A DNA stretch of 64,000 bases from Planctomycetota bacterium. Its GTDB lineage: Bacteria; Planctomycetota; UBA1135; UBA2386. The stretch is taken from contig JAWKUN010000004.1 in assembly GCA_041398565.1 (NCBI GenBank), positions 16,951 through 80,950 of the forward strand. The letters are read 5' to 3'. The translations under genes and the position numbers were made by a program. Within the stretch, counting starts at the first letter, position 1. Every line of letters begins with the position of its first letter. The notes under the pieces are model-generated. The model was not told where the DNA came from, did not search any database, and saw nothing but the letters and a program-made list of their open reading frames with translations. This document shows, piece after piece, positions 59,882 through 64,000 of the stretch.

Positions 59882-61732
59882 ATGCACCGGCAACGCCTCG
59901 TGCGGGTCGCCCGCGCGCTTCCCCTCGCTCTTCCGCTCCCCGCGATGGCCCAGACGCCGCCTTCCTCCGACATCCACAGCTTCGCCGAACCGGCGGCCGT
60001 GGCCGTCGAGCACATCGGCCTCGACTTGACCGTGGACTTCGAACGCCGCGAGCTCCGCGGACACGCCGACCTCAGGTTGAAACGCACCGACCCCCGAGCT
60101 CCGGCGATCCTCGACGGCAACGGCCTGATCCTCGAGCGGGTCGAGGCGGTCGATGGCGCGGCCACGCAGCCGGTGGCGTTCGCCTTGGGCGAGGGCAAGC
60201 CGCACATGGGGCGTCCGATCACCGTCGACTTGCCGCCGGGGGTCCGCACCATTCGCGTCACATACCGCACGTCACCCGAAGCCGACGCGCTGCAGTGGCT
60301 GCAGCCGGAGCAGACCCACGACCGCGAGGCGCCGTTCCTGTACACGCAGGGCCAAGCGATCCTCACGCGCACGTGGATCCCGTTGCAGGACTCGCCCGGC
60401 GTGCGCGTCACCTACGACGCCAGGGTGCGGGCGCCGCGGGACCTCACTGTGCTGATGAGCGCCGAGCGCACCGGCAAGGACGCGGACGGCGCGTTCACGT
60501 TCACCATGCAGAAGCCGATCCCGCCCTACCTGATCGCGATGGCGTGCGGATCCCTCGGTTTCCAGGCGATCGGCGAGCGCTGCGGGGTGTGGACCGAGCC
60601 GGGGCTGCTGCCACGCGCCGCTCGCGAACTCGAGGACATGGAGCGCATGCTCGTCGCTTGCGAGGGCGTCTTCGGCCCCTATCGCTGGGGTCGCTACGAG
60701 GTGCTGGTCCTGCCCCCGGCATTCCCGTTCGGCGGCATGGAGAACCCGCGCCTCACCTTCGCCACGCCCACGATCCTCGCCGGCGACAAGTCGCTGGTGG
60801 CGCTCATCGCCCACGAGCTGGCGCACTCGTGGTCGGGCAACCTGGTGACCAACGCGACGTGGCGCGACTTCTGGCTGAACGAGGGCTTCACCGTGTTCCT
60901 CGAGCACCGCATCATGGAGATCGTCTACGGCAAGGAGCGGGCCGACATGGACATCTTGCTCGGCCTCGAGGAGCTTGCCAGCGAGCTGAAGACCCTGCCC
61001 GCGTCCGACCAGGTGCTGCACATCGATCTGGCCGGGCGCAACCCCGACGACAACATGACGGCGGTGCCGTACGAGAAGGGTGCGGCCTTCCTGCACCGTC
61101 TCGAACAGGTCTTCGGCCGCCCGCGCCTCGACGCGTTCTTGCACGCCTACTTCGATGCGCACGCTTTCCAGAGCATCACCACCGAGGACTTCCTGCGCGA
61201 CCTGCAGCAGCGCTTGCTGGCGACCGATGCGACCGCGGCGAAGCAGATCGACGTCGACCGTTGGGTGCGGAGTCCGGGATTGCCCGACGACGTCGTGCGC
61301 CCGGCCAGCGACGCCTTCGCCAAACTCGACGACGCGCGGGCGCGGTGGCTCGACGGCTCGCTCGCCACGACCGACCTCGGCACCGCGGCGTGGACGCCGC
61401 AGCTCTGGCTGCGCTTTCTCGGAGGCTTGCCGGCCCAGGTCGAAGAGACCAAGCTGGCCGAGCTCGACCGCGCCAACGGGCTCACCAAGACCGGCAACAG
61501 CGAGATCTTCGCCGCCTGGGCTGTGGTCGCCATCCGCAACGGCTACGCCGCGGTCGACGACGCCACCGAGGCCTTCCTGCTGCGCGTCGGCCGGCGCAAG
61601 TTCCTCAAGCCGCTGTACGAGGCCCTCGCCGCGACCGAGACCGGCAAGGCGCGGGCACGTGCGATCTACGCCCGCGCGCGCCCGCGCTACCACGCCGTGT
61701 CGACCCGGACCCTCGACGAGATGCTCAAGTAG
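59882..61732 (+). CDS. Secreted M1-family zinc aminopeptidase (leukotriene A4 hydrolase / cold-active aminopeptidase-like)
   Basis: ATG at 59882 (verified). Signal-like 'ARALPLALPLPAMAQ'. Exopeptidase motif 'FGGMENP', zinc motif 'HELAHSWSGN' plus 'WLNEGFTVF', and a C-terminal helical LTA4H-like domain. Confidence 0.9.
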   Translation: MHRQRLVRVARALPLALPLPAMAQTPPSSDIHSFAEPAAVAVEHIGLDLTVDFERRELRGHADLRLKRTDPRAPAILDGNGLILERVEAVDGAATQPVAFALGEGKPHMGRPITVDLPPGVRTIRVTYRTSPEADALQWLQPEQTHDREAPFLYTQGQAILTRTWIPLQDSPGVRVTYDARVRAPRDLTVLMSAERTGKDADGAFTFTMQKPIPPYLIAMACGSLGFQAIGERCGVWTEPGLLPRAARELEDMERMLVACEGVFGPYRWGRYEVLVLPPAFPFGGMENPRLTFATPTILAGDKSLVALIAHELAHSWSGNLVTNATWRDFWLNEGFTVFLEHRIMEIVYGKERADMDILLGLEELASELKTLPASDQVLHIDLAGRNPDDNMTAVPYEKGAAFLHRLEQVFGRPRLDAFLHAYFDAHAFQSITTEDFLRDLQQRLLATDATAAKQIDVDRWVRSPGLPDDVVRPASDAFAKLDDARARWLDGSLATTDLGTAAWTPQLWLRFLGGLPAQVEETKLAELDRANGLTKTGNSEIFAAWAVVAIRNGYAAVDDATEAFLLRVGRRKFLKPLYEALAATETGKARARAIYARARPRYHAVSTRTLDEMLK

Positions 61733-62209
61733 ATGCCGGTGACCGCGCCTTGGGCGGACGAACTCGTCGCCTGGAGTCGGGCGGCGGCGCCGCGCGAAGC
61801 GTGCGGGCTGGTGCTCGGCTCTCGGCGGTCGGGCTCGGTGCACGTGGCGCACGTCACCGTGGCGCGCAATCTGGCGCGCTGCTCGACCAGCTTCGTCGTC
61901 GACCCCGACGACGTGGTGCGCGCGCTGGCGCTGGCGCACGCTTCCGGCTGGGCGCTGGTCGGCGTGTGGCACAGCCACGTCGCCAGCGTGGCCGAGCCCT
62001 CGGCGCGCGATCGCGCCGAAGCCTGGCCGGAGCTCTTGCAGGTGATCGTCGGGCCGGTGGACGGAGCCTGTGGCGTCGCGGTGTGGCGCGTGGCGGCGCA
62101 AGGTGTGGTGCGCCTACGCTGGCGCGGGAAGACGATCGACGCCGACGACGAGCCAACCTCCGGCCTTGGCAAGCTCGCGTCGAACAGCGACGCTGTCCTG
62201 GAGCGATGA
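61733..62209 (+). CDS. JAB/MPN (JAMM) metalloprotease-domain protein
   Basis: ATG immediately follows the upstream TAG. JAMM signature: Glu in 'REACGLVLG', then 'WHSHVASVAEPSARD' (HxH...S..D). The stop overlaps the next ATG (ATGA, 62206-62209). Confidence 0.8.
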   Translation: MPVTAPWADELVAWSRAAAPREACGLVLGSRRSGSVHVAHVTVARNLARCSTSFVVDPDDVVRALALAHASGWALVGVWHSHVASVAEPSARDRAEAWPELLQVIVGPVDGACGVAVWRVAAQGVVRLRWRGKTIDADDEPTSGLGKLASNSDAVLER

Positions 62210-63384
62210 GCACTCCACGCCTCGGGAGCCGCGATCTCTTCCCCGACCTGCAGGCGCACGCCTACCTCAACCACGCCGCGGTCTCGCCGCCGTCGCTGGC
62301 GGTGCGCGCCGCGGTGCAGGACGTCGCCGACACCTACGCGCGCGCCGGCGCCGGCGCTTGGATGCACTACGCCGAGCAGCGCAACGACCTCCGCCGGCGC
62401 CTGGCGGCGTTGCTGGGTGCGGCGTCGGACAGCATCGGCTTCGTGCCCAACACCAGCCACGGCGTGCTCGCGGTGGCGATGTGCTTTCCCTGGCAGCGCG
62501 GCGACCGCGTCGTGCTCCTGCGCGGCGAGTTCCCCACCAACGTCACGCCGTGGCAGCGGGCAGCGCAGGTGTTCGAACTCGACCTCGTCTGGCTCGACGC
62601 CAGCGCCTTCGCCGGCGGTGGCGACGGTCTGGCCAAGTTGGCTTTCGAACTCGAACGCGGCGTGCGCCTGGTGGCGGTCAGCGCCGTGCAGTTCCAGACG
62701 GGGCTGCGCATGCCGGTGCGGGCGATGGCGGAGATCTGCCACGCTCATGGGGCCGAGCTGTTCGTCGACGCGATCCAGGCCGTCGGCGCCGTGCCGGTCG
62801 ACGTCGCCGCCGACGGCGTCGACTACCTGGCTGCAGGCGCCCACAAGTGGCTCATGGGCATGGAGGGCGCCGGCTTCCTGTACGTGGCGCCGGAGCGCGT
62901 GGCCGCGCTGCGCCCGCACCTCGCCAGCTGGCTGTCGCACGAGGACGCCACCCGCTTCTTGTTCGAGGGCGCCGGCCACCTGCGCTACGACCGTCCGCTG
63001 CGTCAGCGTGCCGACTTCGTCGAGCTGGGAGTCATGGGCTCGCTCGCCTTCGCCGCCCTGCACGCCTCGGTGGCGACCCTGACTCAGCTGGGAATCGCGA
63101 CCATCTACGATCACGTGCAGCGCCTGCTCGATCCCCTCGAGGAGGGCCTCCTGGCGCTCGGCTTCACCTCGGCGCGCGCGGCCAAGGCGTCGCAACGCTC
63201 CTGCGTGCTCAGCGTCGTGCCGCCGGCCGGTGTGGAGCTGCCGACGCTCTGGCGGGCGCTCGACGACGCGGGCGTGGCCTGCGCCTCGCCCGACGGCTTC
63301 CTGCGCTTCTCCCCGCACTGGCACAACTCGCTCGACGACGTGGCGTTCGCCCTCGAAGCCACGCGGCGCTGCCTCGCTCGCTGA
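62206..63384 (+). CDS. Class V aminotransferase / cysteine desulfurase-like PLP enzyme
   Basis: ATG at 62206 (verified). Pattern 'AYLNHAAVSP', 'LFVDAIQAVGAVPVDV' and PLP-lysine context 'YLAAGAHKWLMG'. Confidence 0.85.
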   Translation: MSTPRLGSRDLFPDLQAHAYLNHAAVSPPSLAVRAAVQDVADTYARAGAGAWMHYAEQRNDLRRRLAALLGAASDSIGFVPNTSHGVLAVAMCFPWQRGDRVVLLRGEFPTNVTPWQRAAQVFELDLVWLDASAFAGGGDGLAKLAFELERGVRLVAVSAVQFQTGLRMPVRAMAEICHAHGAELFVDAIQAVGAVPVDVAADGVDYLAAGAHKWLMGMEGAGFLYVAPERVAALRPHLASWLSHEDATRFLFEGAGHLRYDRPLRQRADFVELGVMGSLAFAALHASVATLTQLGIATIYDHVQRLLDPLEEGLLALGFTSARAAKASQRSCVLSVVPPAGVELPTLWRALDDAGVACASPDGFLRFSPHWHNSLDDVAFALEATRRCLAR

Positions 63385-63431
63385 CACTCGTGCCTGCTGG
63401 ACGCCGGGCCGGCCGGGAACGCCCCGCGGCC

Positions 63432-64000
63432 TCAACGGGCCGGCGCGCTGGGGCCGCTGACGACCGTGCCGAGATCGATGTCCCCCACCACGTCGATGGC
63501 CCGCACGAAGATCTCGCTGCCCAGAGCGGGATAGACGCTGACGGTACCGGCGAGCGTCCCCGTCATCGCACCGAGCAGAGTGTCGTCGACGGTGACCACG
63601 ACCTCGTCCCCGACCTGCCGGAGTTCGATGCGGTGCTCGCGGCCTGCCTGCAGGCGGCGCGGGGAAGTCTTCGAGCACGACTCGCCGACGTAGAAGTGGT
63701 TCTCGTCGGCGACCTCCCAGTTGAACAGCAGGTTGACCCTACCCACGGCCACGCGGAAGTTCAGCGCGTCGGCCGAGCGGATGCCTCCGAGGATGCGCAC
63801 GCAGTCGATCGACCGCCAGGCGAAGCGAGTGGTCGCCCGGGTCGCCGCGCCGGTGTTGCGACCGACCAGACAGCCACCGTCGAGTCGCCATTCGCCGCCG
63901 GTGATCAGCATCTGCTCGCATGCGTCGGTCGCCGTGAAGCGCAGCGTGTCGACGCCGGGTGTTGCGAGCCCGGCCAGTTGCGTCGTGGTCCGCTCCAGCA
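63432..64000 (-). CDS. Hypothetical protein, C-terminal part (concanavalin/LamG- or DUF1080-like beta-sandwich?); 5' end is outside the window
   Basis: The frame stays open from 63432 to the window end ('...TDACEQMLITGGEWRLDGGCLVGRN...NFRVAVGRVNLLFNWE...VVVTVDD'). The composition is coding-like, but the family call is weak. Confidence 0.4.
   Translation of the reverse strand, partial: LERTTTQLAGLATPGVDTLRFTATDACEQMLITGGEWRLDGGCLVGRNTGAATRATTRFAWRSIDCVRILGGIRSADALNFRVAVGRVNLLFNWEVADENHFYVGESCSKTSPRRLQAGREHRIELRQVGDEVVVTVDDTLLGAMTGTLAGTVSVYPALGSEIFVRAIDVVGDIDLGTVVSGPSAPAR

Noticed and set aside
59680-62205. Upstream 840 codons of the 1234-aa ORF ending at 63384
   Set aside because: It overlaps the M1 peptidase and JAMM genes in another frame and is Arg/Pro-rich. 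The real aminotransferase starts at ATG 62206.

Overview
Very GC-rich bacterial chromosomal window. Third codon positions are almost always G/C, so all six frames carry long spurious ORFs. I accepted only ORFs with recognisable protein motifs or clearly coding-like composition. All family names come from motif recognition by eye, not from database searches. About 45 genes are supported.

Gene content, in order along the window:
- A translationally coupled hybrid-HK / HDOD / FIST / hybrid-HK-Hpt phosphorelay.
- tRNA-Leu(UAA), NDH-2 and a PVC-type heme-binding dehydrogenase.
- An RsbW-like kinase / GAF-PP2C phosphatase / receiver module.
- A PGRP-type amidase.
- A sensor kinase plus sigma-54 (NtrC-type) activator, next to a DUF1573-like lipoprotein and a tetraheme cytochrome c.
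- A 1091-aa lipoprotein fusing a caspase-like domain to an FGE-sulfatase domain.
- A stand-alone EF-G paralogue.
- A secreted DUF1028 Ntn-hydrolase plus VOC operon, with a ~1.9 kb group II intron ending 2 nt before its start codon. The intron reverse transcriptase/maturase is frameshifted.
- A large Ser/Thr kinase-TPR protein and a secreted CAP-like protein.
- An envelope operon of lipoprotein, secreted 8xCxxC zinc-finger protein, and a triple HtrA-like protease with degenerate N-terminal modules.
- A small polysaccharide cluster (CgeB-like GT, RfbC, DUF4910), then a Kelch propeller.
- thrS-infC, with infC translationally coupled to an actinobacterial-type fused E2-E1 2-oxoglutarate dehydrogenase (Kgd/OdhA-like).
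- An M1 peptidase / JAMM / class-V aminotransferase operon.

No CRISPR array, rRNA, transposase or prophage genes were seen. The most unusual items are the intron placement and decay, the extracytoplasmic caspase-FGE fusion, the zinc-finger plus triple-protease envelope operon, and a C-terminal domain shared by unlinked secreted proteins. None is proven to be a new system from sequence alone.
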